Below the pieces are notes generated by a model, which saw only the letters and a program-made list of their open reading frames with translations, had not been told where the DNA came from and ran no database searches. From Okamejei kenojei (taxonomy: Eukaryota): DNA of 64,000 nucleotides. How positions within the stretch are numbered: the stretch's first letter is position 1; each line of letters starts with the position of its first letter. The DNA lies in the NCBI GenBank assembly GCA_035221665.1, contig CM069131.1, forward strand, positions 90,458,001-90,522,000. Direction: 5' to 3'. Positions 38,150 to 62,239 of this stretch are shown here, piece by piece. A program made the position numbers and the translations under genes.

Positions 38150-40780
38150 TTGTCACAGTCATATAGCGCAGAAACACGCCCTTTGGCCCAACTCAGCCAT
38201 GTTGACCAAGATGCGCCATCTAAGTTAGTCGAATTTGCCCAAGGTTGGCCTGCATTCCTCCAAATCGTTCCTATCCATGTTTGTGTCCAAATGCCCAGCA
38301 CTGGATCTGTCGTAACTACTTCACTTGTCAGCTTATTCCATATATCCACCAACCTCTGAATGAAAAATATGCCACTCAGATTCCCACAATCTTTCCCTTT
38401 TCACCCTAATCCTTTGCCGTCTAGTTCTTGACACCCCTAACCTGGGAAAACGTCTCTGTGGATTCACTCTATTTCCTTCATGATTTTATCCGCCTCTATA
38501 ATATCACTGCTCAGCCTCCTGCGCTCCAAGGAATAAAATACCTCTCACTATATCTCAGGCCCTCATATTCTTCCTGCATCCTCAAATCTTCTCTGCACTC
38601 TTTCCAGCTTAATGATATCCTTCTTATACAAGAGTGACCAAAACTGAATACCATACTCCAAATGGGGTCTCACCAGTGTCTTGTTCAACTGTAACAAGCA
38701 TTTTGGTAGTAGGAATAAAGGCGTAGACTACTTCCTAAATGAAGAGAGAATCCAGAAATCGGATGTGCAAAGGGACTTGGGAGTGCTGGTGCAGGTTTCC
38801 CAAAGTTCATCTACAAGTCGAATTGGTAGTAAAGAAAGCAAACTCAAGAGGGCTTGTATACAAAAATAGTGATGTAATGCCGAGGTTCTATAAGGCACTG
38901 GTAAGGCCCCACTTGGAATATTGTGAGCAATTTTGGCTACTATTTCCTAGGAAGGATGTGCTGTTTCTGGAGAGGGCCCAGAAGAGGTTTACAAGAATGA
39001 TCCCAGGAATTGACACTGAGCGTATACTCTCTGCACTTTAGAAGAATGAGGGGGTACCTCATTGAAACATACAGAATAGTGGAAGGCTTGGATAGAGTGG
39101 ATGCGGAGAGGATGTTTCCACTAGTGGGAGAGTCTAGGACTAGAGGCCATAGCCTCAGAATTAAAAGAAGTTCTTTTAGGAAGGAGATAAGGAGAAATTT
39201 ATTTAGTCAGCGGGTGGTGAATCCGTTGAATTATTTGCCACAGAAGGCTGTGGACGCCAAGTCAGTGGATATATTTAAGGCAGAGATAGATAGATTCTTG
39301 ATTAATACGTGTCAGGGGTTATGGGGAGAAGGCAGGAGAATGGGGTTAGGAGGGAGAGATAGATCAGCCATGATTGAATGGCGGAGTAGACTTGATGGGC
39401 CGAATGGCCTAATTCTACTCCTATCAATTATGACCTCATGACCCTGACTTCTATACTCAATTTCCTGACTGATGAATGCCAGCAACCAAATTCCTTCTTC
39501 ACCATTCTATCTTCACAGGGCACACAATGGTGCAGCAGTAGAGTTGCTGCCTTGCAGGGTGCAATCCTGCCCTACTGTCCATTGTAAAAATCCTGCCTTT
39601 TTGACTTCCCAAAATGCAACACCATATCTGAATTAAACTATTCTATGGCCCTCTTGTCCAGCTTATTAAGATCACTCTGTAATTCTTGATAACCATCCAC
39701 TGATTCACAACACTCTGGGTGAAAACATTTTCCTCATCTCAATCCTAAATGGCCTACCCCTTATTCTTAAACTGTGTCCTCTGGTTCTGTACTCCACTTA
39801 CATTGGAAACATTTTTCCTGCATCTAGCATGTCCAATCCTTTAAGAATTTTATGTTTCTATAAGATCCTCTCCCATCCTTCTAAATTCCAGTGTGTGTGT
39901 GTGTGTGTGGCGACCAGAGTCTCTGGGCGAACTCGACCATGCCGTCCAAGATGCCATCTAAGATAGTCCCATTTACTTGCATTTGGCCAGGAAATATATA
40001 TATATATATATATAATATCTAAATATTTCCTATCCATATACCTTTCCAATTATCTTTTACATCTTGTTGTCATTGTACTGGGCTCAACTATTACCTCTGG
40101 CAGCTTTTTCTATGTACCCACCATTGTATTAACAAATTGCTCTCAGGTTCCTATTAAATCTTTACCCTTTCACTTTAAACCTATGCTCTCTAGTTCTTGA
40201 TTTTCCCTGCCTTGGGGAAAAAAAATCTGTATTTACCATCTATTCCCTCATGTTATTATACCCGTCTATAAGCTCATCCATCACCCACTGCTCTTCAAAG
40301 AATGTAGTCCAACCTTTCCCTACAGCTCAGGCCCTAGAATCCTGGCAACATCCGCATAATTTCTGCACTCTTTCCAGCTCAATGGCATTTCTCCTATAAC
40401 TGAGAGCCTAAAACTGAACATTAATACTCCAAGTGCAGAGTCTTGTACAACTGTAACAGAGTTTCCCAAATTCTATGCTCAATTCCTGACAGATGAAGGC
40501 CAGGGTGCCAAATGTCTAGTTACCATTTATCGACCTACCTTCCACTCTCAGGGAATTATCTACTTGTACTAGACCCCACTGCTCTGCAACACTTCCTGGG
40601 GCCCTAACGTTCATGGTAAAAGTCCTGTCCTAGTTTAACCTCACAAAATACACCACACTTATCTGCATTAAATTCCATTAGCCATTCATTAGCTCACTTG
40701 CCCAGCTGATTAGGACCCTGCTATAATTCTTGATAACCCTCTTCACTGTCTATGACACCATATATTTTGATGTCATAAAG
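38150..40780 (-). mobile_element. Cluster of old CR1 fragments (mostly - strand) with a nested + strand CR1 at about 38700-39440
   Basis: Reverse-strand CR1 ORF2-end sequences; + strand LVRPHLEYC and TRGHSL motifs. Confidence 0.75.
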
Positions 40781-41128
40781 TTTTTAAGTGCCATAATTTT
40801 AAGTATGAAAGACTATTGTTGGCTGTATTAATCAGCAAGTTACTGTCCTTGAATATACTGCGTAAAAAGAGATGAAACAACATTTTAAAGTACATTTAAA
40901 GTACATTCTAGATGATGACCAATTTTATACATATTTTATGCAGGGTTATTCTAATTGGTTTCAACAGAAATATGGGAAAAATAGGGGCAATTTTGCTAAG
41001 TTGGCAATTGCATTCTAATCAAAATCTTTGCCCCCCGTGGTGTCAAGTGAAATGACACTTACTGAGAGGGAAAGGCCCGAAAGATCAGGAGCCAACTGTA
41101 AAGGTCACTTGGAAAGGAAACAACAAAG

Positions 41129-42175
41129 TAGCAATGTTACAAAATTTTGAGATTTTAAAAATCAAGTCTGCAATTTATCCCGTCAGATAAAGCATAAAAA
41201 GAAGTTTAATTTGACACCTAATTCACTTTCATATCTTCAGTATTAAAAAAGTTATGGCCATTTTCATACTTGGAAATTAGCATCTTGTTCCCCATTGCCT
41301 TTCCATTGACTTAACTCAAAAGCTGTGATCTAGGACAGTCAAAAGCCCAAAACTCTCTTAAACATTAAGAGAACTCAATGACATTTTCAGTTATTATAGA
41401 TTGAAGCATTCTGAAACAAATATGAAACAATCTTACTTGGATGACCTGAAATTAAAGCATATAATTAGTTAGTTGTCTAATTGTAGCTAATTACAAAATT
41501 CAACTACTAGATCTAAACATCTATCCATTTCTTAAGAAATGATAAACATTTTTAAATTGCCTAAGTGTCCAAATAACATTCACACAATAATCCACAATAT
41601 AACATGATTTTTAAATCTCATTTTCATGAATTTATAGGCCAAATGGAAGGAATTTAGTGTTTAATTCCTGTAAATTAATGGCCATTTAAATCAACTTGCG
41701 AGTGGGTTTTAGTGGAATGCGGTGGATTGGAACGTTGCGGTTTGCGGTGAATTTAACCCACAGTCGGCAGGAAAAATACTGGCGGTGCATACATTTTTTT
41801 TTGTCCCCATTTCGCAACGTGAAAATGTGATTAAAGGCTTCCTATAAACCAAGTTTTCATGTAAAAATAAATTGTGCACTTTATTTTCTCCCCTACGTTA
41901 GGTCCGTTCTGCTGTCGGCGTTCAGAGCTTTAGAAGATGATTTTTAAACTACTCTAGTTAATAAATAATCTAGCGTAGTTTAAAAATAGCTTCATGAATG
42001 AAATGTCAGAGCGATTTCTCTTTAGCGACGAAATCGCCCGACATGGATCGATTTGGACTACTAGGGAAAAACGGCATTTTAAACCCGCCCCTCCCCTCTG
42101 AAAGGCGCCAAAGTCACGCACACAGGGATCGGCAGAACTGCAGCGCTGCTCAAGGTAGGTATTGTAACACACCTA
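41129..42175 (-). mobile_element. Non-autonomous DNA transposon, copy 2 (longest, 1047 bp)
   Basis: TAGCAATGTTACAA...TTGTAACACACCTA; 7-bp TSD AACAAAG at 41122-41128 and 42176-42182. Confidence 0.88.
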
Positions 42176-42532
42176 AACAAAGATTGTCATTAAGAATGGA
42201 ACAATGTAGTGCAAAAGTATGAAACAAGTTCTAGAGAGGAACGGAGGATGGAATAGTAATTCAGGCGATTGCAGTAGCTGAGAACAGATCCTAGCTCTCA
42301 CTGCAGATATGGGGACCATGAATTAAGGAAGAAACCAGTGAAGAAGTGAATCAAAGGATTGTGCAGCCTAATGGAATTAATTGATGAGAACAGTGAATAT
42401 TAAAATAAACTGCTGGACAGTGAGCTACTACAGAAATTAGACCTGCGTAAATTGAAAAAAAAACATATGGGGTGGGGTGGGAGGATACAGACATATGGGG
42501 GGAGCTACAGGTGCTGGTTTACTCACTTAAAG

Positions 42533-43033
42533 TAGGTATGTTACAATACCTACCTTGAGCAGCGCTGCAGTTCTGCCGCTCCCCGTGTGCGTGACTTCGT
42601 CGCCTTTCAGAGAGAGGGGGGGGGGGGGGGGGCGGGTATAAAATGCCGTTTTTCCCTAGACAGTCCAAATCGATCCGTCGGGCGATTTCGTCACTAAAGA
42701 GAAATCGCTCCGACATTTCATTCATGAAGCTATTTTTAAACTACGCTAGATTATTTATTAACTAGAGTAGTTTAAAAATCATCTTCTAAAGCTCTGAGCG
42801 CCGACAGCAGGATGGACCTAACTTAGGGGAGAAAATTAAGTGCATAAACATAAGTCAATGGAAAGGCAATGGGGAACAAGATGCTAATTTCCAAGTATGA
42901 AAATGGCCATAATATTTTTTAATACTGAAGATATGAAAGTGAATTAGGTGTCAAATTAAACTTTTTATGCTTTATATGATGGGATAAATTGCAGGCTTGA
43001 TTTTTAAAATCTCAAAATTTTGTAACATTGCTA
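42533..43033 (+). mobile_element. Non-autonomous DNA transposon, copy 3 (internally deleted)
   Basis: TAGGTATGTTACAA...TTGTAACATTGCTA; 7-bp TSD CTTAAAG at 42526-42532 and 43034-43040. Confidence 0.88.
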
Positions 43034-43157
43034 CTTAAAGGGACAGAAGACCAGCCAACGGTGATCAATGTAAGAGTTTATTGACCTGGGAAACAACTGG
43101 AATGAAATGGTTAATGATATCCAACCTTGGATTTCTAAAGCATCTTTCACAACTATA

Positions 43158-43985
43158 GTTCAAGTTCAAGTTTACATTTATTGTCACTGCACCAATTGGA
43201 CAGTAAAATTTGGGTACCATACAGCCATATACGAATAGAACGAACACACGATAGAATTTAACATAAACATCCCCACACAGTGGAATCAGCGTTTCCCGCT
43301 GTGAGGGAAGACAATAAAGTTCAATCATCTTCCTTCCTCTTTGTTCCCCGTGGTCGGGGCCTCCGCAGTTGCCGCTACTGCGGCCCGATGTTCAGGCCCT
43401 CTCGCCGGGATGGTCGAAACTTCAACGTTGGAATGGAAGAACATTCTCGGCGGCTTGGAGTTTCCAAATCGGCCACTTCCTACCGGAGACCCCGGCTCCG
43501 GAAGTCTTCAGGCCGAGCTGGGCAGAGATTCAACACTGGCGGCCCTCAGCAAAGGGATCCCAGGACTCCACAATGTTAAGGTCAGCGCCGCCTGTGGTTG
43601 GAAGCTCCGCAGACCACAGCTCCACGGTGTTAACATCGGCAGTCCCAGCACTCCGGAGCTCCACACAGCGATCCCAGTAAGGCATCGCTTGCTCCACGAT
43701 GGTACTTCAGTGCTGCGCCGCTGCTGAAGATGAAGGTCTGGCCGGTATCCGGCAGGAAAGGCCGTGCCAATCCAGATGGTAGGCTGCGAGGAGGGGGGCG
43801 AAGGTGCGGCTTGGACGAAAGACCCATTCTCAACCAGGTAGTGACTAAGATAAAGTTTCCCCCAACCCCCACATAAAAAGACCAAAAGATCTCCAAACAA
43901 AACTTTTTGACAGACTAAAAATTTAAAAAAGGATGAAAGGACGAACAGCTGCAAGCGGGGCAGCCATACTCAACGGCGCCACCCT
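43158..43985 (-). mobile_element. GC-rich non-autonomous LINE derivative (Rex1/RTE-like 3' tail)
   Basis: Minus strand ends gtgacaataaatgtaaacttgaacttgaac, like other LINE tails here; GC-rich body lacks a credible ORF. Confidence 0.5.
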
Positions 43986-44427
43986 AGGACATCCCAGTGA
44001 AATACAATGCTACTTCCAATACGAGAACTAAAATATTGTATGTGCATGAAAGAACTGCAGACTCTGGTTTAAATCGAAGGTAGACCCAAAATGCTGGAGT
44101 AACTTAGCCGTATAGGCAGCATCTCTGGGGAGGAATGGGTGACATTTCAGGTCAAGACCCTTTTTCAGACTGATGTCAGGGGAGTGGGTGGTACAGAGAT
44201 AAAATGTAGTCGGAGACAGTAAGAATGATAGAAGAACTGGGAAGGGGGAGGGCTAGTTCTCTTACCAGTTCTCCTACCAGTAATTTGTATCTTGAACATG
44301 GAAAGGAAATAAGCTCACTCTACAGTAATGCAACCATTTAAGCTCAAAGGGACTTAACAATCTCTCATCCCTCAGGACACGATGGATTGTCATTAAATTT
44401 AAGCCCAAGGACAAGCCCCTGCACGTT

Positions 44428-44697
44428 AGGGTGGCACAGCGTTAGAATTGTTTCCTTACAGTTCCAGAGACCCGGGTTTGATCCAGACTGCACAGAGTTT
44501 GTAAGTTCTCCTCGTGACCACGTGGGTTTTATCCGGATGTTCCAGTTTCCTCCCACACTCCAAATACGTACAGGTTTGTAGGTTAATTGGTTTTGGTGAC
44601 ATTGTAAATTGTCCCGAGTGCTAATGTACGGGATTGTTGGTCGGTGCGGACTCAGTGGGCTGAGGGGCCTGTTTCCTTGCTTTATCTTAAACTAAAC
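44428..44697 (+). mobile_element. tRNA-derived SINE (V-SINE/HE1-like)
   Basis: A/B-box-like head, core ccagtttcctcccacactccaaa, tail aaactaaac. Confidence 0.7.
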
Positions 44698-46324
44698 ATT
44701 GTGCTGCCCGCAGTGCCTTTTATTTTCTGTTGGTGAGCATCAGGCCACTCAGTGGCATTTTTCTGTGGAGAGGCAGCACAAAATTAACAGATTTAATTTG
44801 CCAGTTGCCTGTTGGCTACGCGTGATTTATATTTAACAGGTCCACACAGATTTTCCCTCAGATTGAGAACCACAGCTGTGAAAATGATGAAGGAGTTGGC
44901 TCCAGATGCCAATCACTCATTGTCATTACTCCTTCATTGTTGGGAGATGGACAGTGCTTTCAGTAATGTATTTATTTCTCAGAGTGCGGGCATCGCTCAC
45001 AAGACCACCACTTGCTTCCGATACCTAAGTGTTCTTCAAAAGATGGTCAGCCAACCTCAGAACAGCTGCCATCCTTCCAGTGAAGATGTTTGCATGATTC
45101 TGTTGGGTCGGGTGCTCCAGGGCTTTTTCACAGCAACATTGATGATGAGATATTCCCAAATCAGCATTTCATGCAACGACCCAAGCAAACTCCTGTCCCT
45201 GCACCACCTTTCCAGCTGCAGAATTTTTCCATGACTAAAGCATTTAATCATGACATTTTTCCATGATTAAAACATTCATACAGAGAGCTTTACAAGGAAT
45301 ACCGTTAACCCTAACACAATCTTGTGATCAACCTCACCAACATAAAATTGGCAAAAAAGATTGATAAAAGTCTAAATCAGACTGATGCACAATGTAATGC
45401 TAATTCAGCCACATGGAAGCATTGTTTACTATATTTATAAGAGAAAGCAATTTAATCAACAGTACAAAAGGAAAATGGTGCAGGTGCTGGAGGCAGCAAA
45501 TTGTGCAAAGAGGCAGCATCTTTGGAATGAGTGATAGTTTTTCTGTGTTATTTAATATACTGAGCAATATTTAATTTCATAATGAGAGAAGTTAAGTGTA
45601 TTTAATCTAATGGACAATATAAGATTTTTGACAATAATTACCTAAAGTAATTAATTCAAGTGAATAATTATTCAGTGTTTTCTTTTTTTTTGTTTTCAAC
45701 ATTTAAGATTACAGTTAACTTTTTTTCCCACTTAATCAGTTTCACCAAATAACTTACTGTAGCTCAATTGAAAGTGCGTGAAATGAATCAATATTTACAT
45801 TGGCTCATGTGATACTGAATGTCTTTATGTCAGTGATTTCTAGCCACTGATACTTAACACATGATTTGAAATTACATCCATTGATTGCCTACCTTCATTA
45901 AAACGTGTGGATGGTGAAGTAAAACAAAGTGACAGAGGAAAACCATCTTAAAACATTCAAATACCAGATGACAAATCTGTAAATCTATAAACATTGCCCT
46001 GGGGAAATTTCTCATGAATAGAACAAAATAGTGAAATAGTGTTAAGAATGAATAGAACTCTGGCAAGACCAGAGTTGGAATCTTCATCTTAGCTCTGGTC
46101 TTCCTCTCCATAAAATTATTTACAAGGATACTGGAACTGAGGATGTGGAATGTATCATGAAATAAAGAACTAGACCCTTAAGGCTGAAGATTTCCTGATG
46201 GAGGTTCCCACAATTATGAAGGGGTTTAACAGAATAAATATAGGGAAGATAATTGTTATTAGAACATAGAATGGTACAGCACAACAACGCCCTTCGGCCC
46301 ACAATGGCAAACATGATAATGACT

Positions 46325-47515
46325 AGACTTTCAGAAAGCCTTTGATAAGGTCCCACAAGGGACTGGTGACTAAAATTAGAGCACATGGCATTGGGGGTAG
46401 GGTGTTGACACGGATAGAAAATTGATTGGCAGACCGGAAGCAAAGAGTAGGAGTGAACGGGTCCTTTTCAGAATGGCAGGCAGTGGCGAGTGGAGTGTCG
46501 CAAGGCTTGATGTTGGGGCCGCAACTGTTTACCATATACAGTATATTAATGATTTGGAAGACGGAATTAGGAGCAACACTAGCAAGTTTGCGGATGACAC
46601 AAAGCTGGGTGGCAGTGTGAATTGTGAAGAGGATGTTAGGAGGTTTCAGGGAGACCTGGACAGGTTAAGTGAATGGGCAGGTGCGTGGCAGATGCAGTAT
46701 AATATAGATAAATGTGAGGTTATCCACTTTGGCAGCAAAAACAAGGGGGCAGATAATTAACTGAATGGGGTTAGACTAGGGGGAGGCGCAGGGAGACCTG
46801 GGCGTCCTTGTCACTGGTCACTGAAAGCTGACTTACAGGTACAGCAGACAGTGAAGAAAGCTAATGGAATGTTGGTCTTCATAACAAGAGGATTTCAGTA
46901 TAGGAGTAAAGAGGTTCTTCTGCAGTTGTATAGGGCTCTGGTGAGACCAGATCTGGAGTATTGTGTACAATTTTGGTCTCCTAATTTGAAGAAGGACATC
47001 TTTGTGATTGAGTTCAGCGTAGGTTCACGAGATTGATCCCTGGGATGGCAGGACTGTCATCTGAGGAAAGATTGAAAAGACTAGGCTTGTATTCACTGGA
47101 GTTTAGAAGGATGAGGGGGATCTTATAGAAACATATAAAATGTTAAAAGGACTGGACAAGCTAGATGCAGGAAAAATGTTCCCAATGTTGGGCGAGTCCA
47201 GAACCAGGGGCCACAGTCTTAGAATAAAGGGGAGGTCATTTAAGACTGAGGTGAGAAAAAAACTTTTTCACCCAGAGAGTTGTGAATTTATGGAATTCCC
47301 TGCCACATAGGTGCAGTGGAGGCCAAGTCACTGGATAGATTTAAGAGAGAGTTAGATAGAGCTCTAGGGACTAGTGGAATCAAGGGATATGGGGAGAAGG
47401 CAGGCACGGGTTATTGATAGGGGACGATCAGCCATGATCACAATGAATGGCGGTGCTGGCTCGAAGAGCCGAATGGCCTCCTCCTGACCTATTTTCTATG
47501 TTTCTCTATTTCTAT
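46325..47515 (+). mobile_element. CR1 LINE 3' half
   Basis: FADDTKLGG and [10 protein letters not shown] motifs; tail ttctatgtttctctatttctatg. Confidence 0.92.
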
Positions 47516-48131
47516 GATGCTAAATTAAACTAATCTCTTCTGTCCACTTGTGAATCATATCCCTCTATTCCCTGCATACCTGTGTACCTATCTTGCAGCC
47601 TCTTAAAAGACACTATTGTATCTGCTGCCATCACTACCCCAGCAGCACATTCCAAGTACTCAATAAATATTGCCCGACACATATACTTTAAATGTTGCCC
47701 TTCTCACCGTTGAGCTATCCCTTCTGGTCTTTGACAAATGTAATAAAGAATTCGGAAGAAACTTGTTTAACCAGGGAATGGTAAGAACATGGGTTGATCC
47801 TATATCCAGCATTTGAGGTGATTTATGAAATAATTTAAGGAAAACTGATTAGGCATATGAGGAACAATGGAATAGTAGAAATCTGATGATCGGTTTAATG
47901 GGGTAGAGTGGGAAATGGTTCACGTGGAGCAGAACCACTAATGTAGGTCAACTTCGATGGACAAGATCATTCTGTGGTAAATATCTACGTGACTCGGCAA
48001 TGGGTAGAAATATTCCAAAAAGAAACACTCAATTAATTTCTTCATAATGGTTCCGATCGGACTGGTGATGATGCAATTAGTCCATGGTCTTTGTCTCATT
48101 CAGTTCCAGAGATTCTGTTGCACCTTTGAGG

Positions 48132-59026
<10,895 letters not shown>

Positions 59027-60420
59027 TCAAGGTAAATATTGCTAAGAATGAATGTGAAATAGATATCTTACAGAACTGCCTGTTTGGGGTCGTGTGGAAT
59101 CGATTCAAAATTCCCTGTATTCCAAAAGAAGGAACAACGAACTAGACTTTCAAAATGTCCACCAAATCCAGCTTTATAGTAGTATGGAAATGCTTCAGTC
59201 TAAAAGGTAAAGGGCATAAATAAACAACATTTAACAATTTTGTCAGATGTTAGCAAGTAATATCCTTGGAGTCTTTAATGGAAACCCTAATCCCATTCAT
59301 GGACAGGCTTTCCACCCTTCTGGCTCTATTTTGCCATTGGAGAGGTCTAAGCTATGTCAAGACATTCTCATATTATTACCACACAGTCAAAGATAAAAGT
59401 AACCAAAACTCAAATTGTACTCTTGCACTTCAAAAAACAACAACTAGGTAACTCATGCATTCTACAATTATACAGCAAAGACAAATATTGAGAGAATACT
59501 TTTGTGAAATATCCCATGGTCATTATCAAACATGATGTGACATCGGGAACTATTGAAAGAGTTGACCAACCCTTGATCAAAGAGATTAGTTTTATGGAGA
59601 ATTGTAGGTGAAGCCAGAGTGGGAAAGAGCTGAGGGAGGGAATTCCAGAGCTAAGGAATTTGAGAGCCACTTGGCCACCAACAGCAAAGATAACCTAAAT
59701 TTGGGAATGCAAAGGTTTGTGACCAGACGTGGACGACTCATAGAGATTGCAAAGAGTTGATGAGTAATCAGAGGTTAAACTATAAACGCCATGGAGGGTT
59801 TTAAAAAAAGATGTGGATATTAAAACAAAACCACTACCATACCAAGAATTAGGCAAACACAGAGGTGTTGTGCAAATTAGGATGTGGGCAGCAGCGTGTT
59901 TAAAATCAATTAAAATTTACAAAAGGAGAAAGGCAGGAGGCTAATCAATTGAGTGTTAATAGAAGACTTTGATGTTGAAGTAGATTTATGGTTGAACACA
60001 TTTCAGAGTCAAATATATCGCAAAGGATGTAGACAGTCTAATACAGTGTAATAAAGACAATTGCCATGACAATGATGAGCCAGTGCCAAAGGATTGCTGT
60101 GTCATGAGAATGGCTTTCATATCCTCAATATTTAACTGCAAGAAATTTCTGCTTGTCCAGGACTGGATGTTGGACAAGTAATCGCAATAATTTCCAGTTT
60201 AAGAATCAAATCTTTTTCTACTTACAGGTATCATCTTTTACCTTTGCCACTAAGGTTTGGGTAGCACAGCACTGTAACTAATAGAGCTGCCGCCTCACAG
60301 AACCAGGGCCTTGGGTTCAATGTGGCCCCAGGCACCATCTATGTGGAGCAACCCAAGTGGGCTTACTGGGTATTATGTAACCATTTGGATTTCAAGCATG
60401 TACAGGTTTGTAGGTTAATT

Positions 60421-60598
60421 CAGGGGTGTGTAAATCCTGGGGGGGGGAATCGTCTCCCACCTGCTTTGGGAGGTGGGAGACGATTCCCCCCCCCCCATGT
60501 ATTGTTATCCGGACTTTATCAGACGCTTTCTAAGGGCTGAATCGGCCCATTCGCGGGGCCTTTCAGCGCCCGGCGCGGCTTAAAATCAAACTGCTGCA
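60421..60598. mobile_element. End of a probable DNA transposon (CAGGGG terminus, subterminal palindrome) inserted in a SINE
   Basis: Abrupt junction ggttaatt|caggggtgtg; 24-bp perfect inverted repeat 60439-60494; the other end is hidden by the gap. Confidence 0.4.
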
Positions 60599-60819
60599 NN
60601 NNNNNNNNNNNNNNNNNNNNNNNNNNNNNNNNNNNNNNNNNNNNNNNNNNNNNNNNNNNNNNNNNNNNNNNNNNNNNNNNNNNNNNNNNNNNNNNNNNNN
60701 NNNNNNNNNNNNNNNNNNNNNNNNNNNNNNNNNNNNNNNNNNNNNNNNNNNNNNNNNNNNNNNNNNNNNNNNNNNNNNNNNNNNNNNNNNNNNNNNNNNN
60801 NNNNNNNNNNNNNNNNNNN
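60599..60819. other. Assembly gap (221 N)
   Basis: Run of N. Confidence 1.
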
Positions 60820-61432
60820 GGGGAGAGAGGAGGGGGGAAAGAGGGGGGAAAGAGGAGGGGGGAGAGATTAGGGGGATGGAGAGAAAGAGAGGGGAGGGGC
60901 GAGGGGGAGCGGGAGGAAAAGGGAGGGGAAGTGGGAGGAGACGGTAGGGGGGAGAGGGGGGCGAGAGGAGCAGAGGAGAGGGGAGATGAGGAGGGGGGGG
61001 AGAGGAGGAGGGGGGAGAGGAGGAGGGGGAGAGGAGGAAGGGGGAGAGGAGGAGGGGGGAGAGGAGGAGGGGGGAGAGGAGGAGGGGGAGAGGAGGAGGG
61101 GGGAGAGGAGGAGGGGGGACAGGAGGAAGGGGGAGAGGAGGAGGGGGGGGAGAGGAGAGAGGGGGGAGAGGAGGAGGGGGGAGAGGAGGAGGGGGGGAGA
61201 GGAGGAGGGGGGAGAGGAGGAGGGGGGGAGAGGAGGAGGGGGGGAGAGGGGGGGGGAGAGGAGGAGGGGGGAGAGGAGGAGGGGGAGAGGAGGAGGGGGG
61301 AGAGGAGGAGGGGGAGAGGAGGAGGGGGACAGGAGGAAGGGGGAGAGGAGGAGGGGGAGAGGAGGAGGGGGAGAGGAGGAGGGGGGGAGAGGAGGAGGGG
61401 GGGAGAGGAGGAGGGGGGAGGGAGGAGGGGGG
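60820..61432. repeat. Polypurine minisatellite (GAGAGGAGGAGGGGG-like ~15-mer)
   Basis: Directly visible tandem units. Confidence 0.9.
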
Positions 61433-62239
61433 CTGGGTGGGCGAGCGGGCAGCGAGCAGTCTGCGGCGCCACGGCGAGCGGGATGCGGGGCCCATGGCGA
61501 GTGAGCTTCTGGGCCAACGGCGAGCAGGCTGCTGGGTCCACGGCAACTCTGCGGAGACTCGAGGGAGGCCACGGACGGGCGCGATCTGAGAACGGTCAAA
61601 ACTAGTGGAGGGCTGGCCAATCGTGGCTTTGGCGAGGGGAAGCCCACCCACCCGCGTGACAGCCGGCCGAGCGCGAGGAGCGGGCTGCTGGGCCCACGGC
61701 AAGCGTGCTGCTGGGCCCATGACGACCGGGCTTCTGGGCTCATTGCGAGCGGGCTGCGGGGCCCATGGTGAGCGGGCTGCAGGGCCCATGGTGAGCGGGC
61801 GGCGGAGACTTGAGGGAGGCCACGTACGGTTGGGATCTGAGGACGGTCAAAAGCAGCGGAGTCGACTGCGAGCTGGGGGGGGTTACGTAACTTGCAGCTC
61901 GTGGAAAACAGTGACCAGGAGGCTGTGCGTCGAAAACTCTGAGCAGCTCGCTGCGAGGAGTGGAGCCATTGTGACATCATCAGCTCCTTCAGCTCGTTAA
62001 CTTCAAAAAATATCTCAGATTAGTGAACAATTTTAGTAAAAAACTTGGGAAATAATGAATCAAATTTTCAGATGAGGCGATATTTGAGATCATGAGGTAA
62101 ATCTCTACCGGAATATGTAAAAACTTCACAGTTAGCATGTTGGGTTTTCGAGGAGATGTGAATCAAAGAAAAAGAGACAAGCAAACTTACAAAAAAAAAA
62201 TAAATAAACATCCAAGATCATCAGAGTTTTATATTATAA
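60820..62239 (-). mobile_element. Probable Helitron 5' portion with GA-rich and GC-rich internal repeats
   Basis: Right end gagttttatattataa resembles the Helitron end at 29740-29756; shared gtgacatcatc/gtgatgtcatc motif. Confidence 0.4.

Noticed and set aside
43280-43954. Several 90-150 aa ORFs on both strands
   Set aside because: GC-rich repeat interior with ORFs in many frames and no domain similarity recognised.
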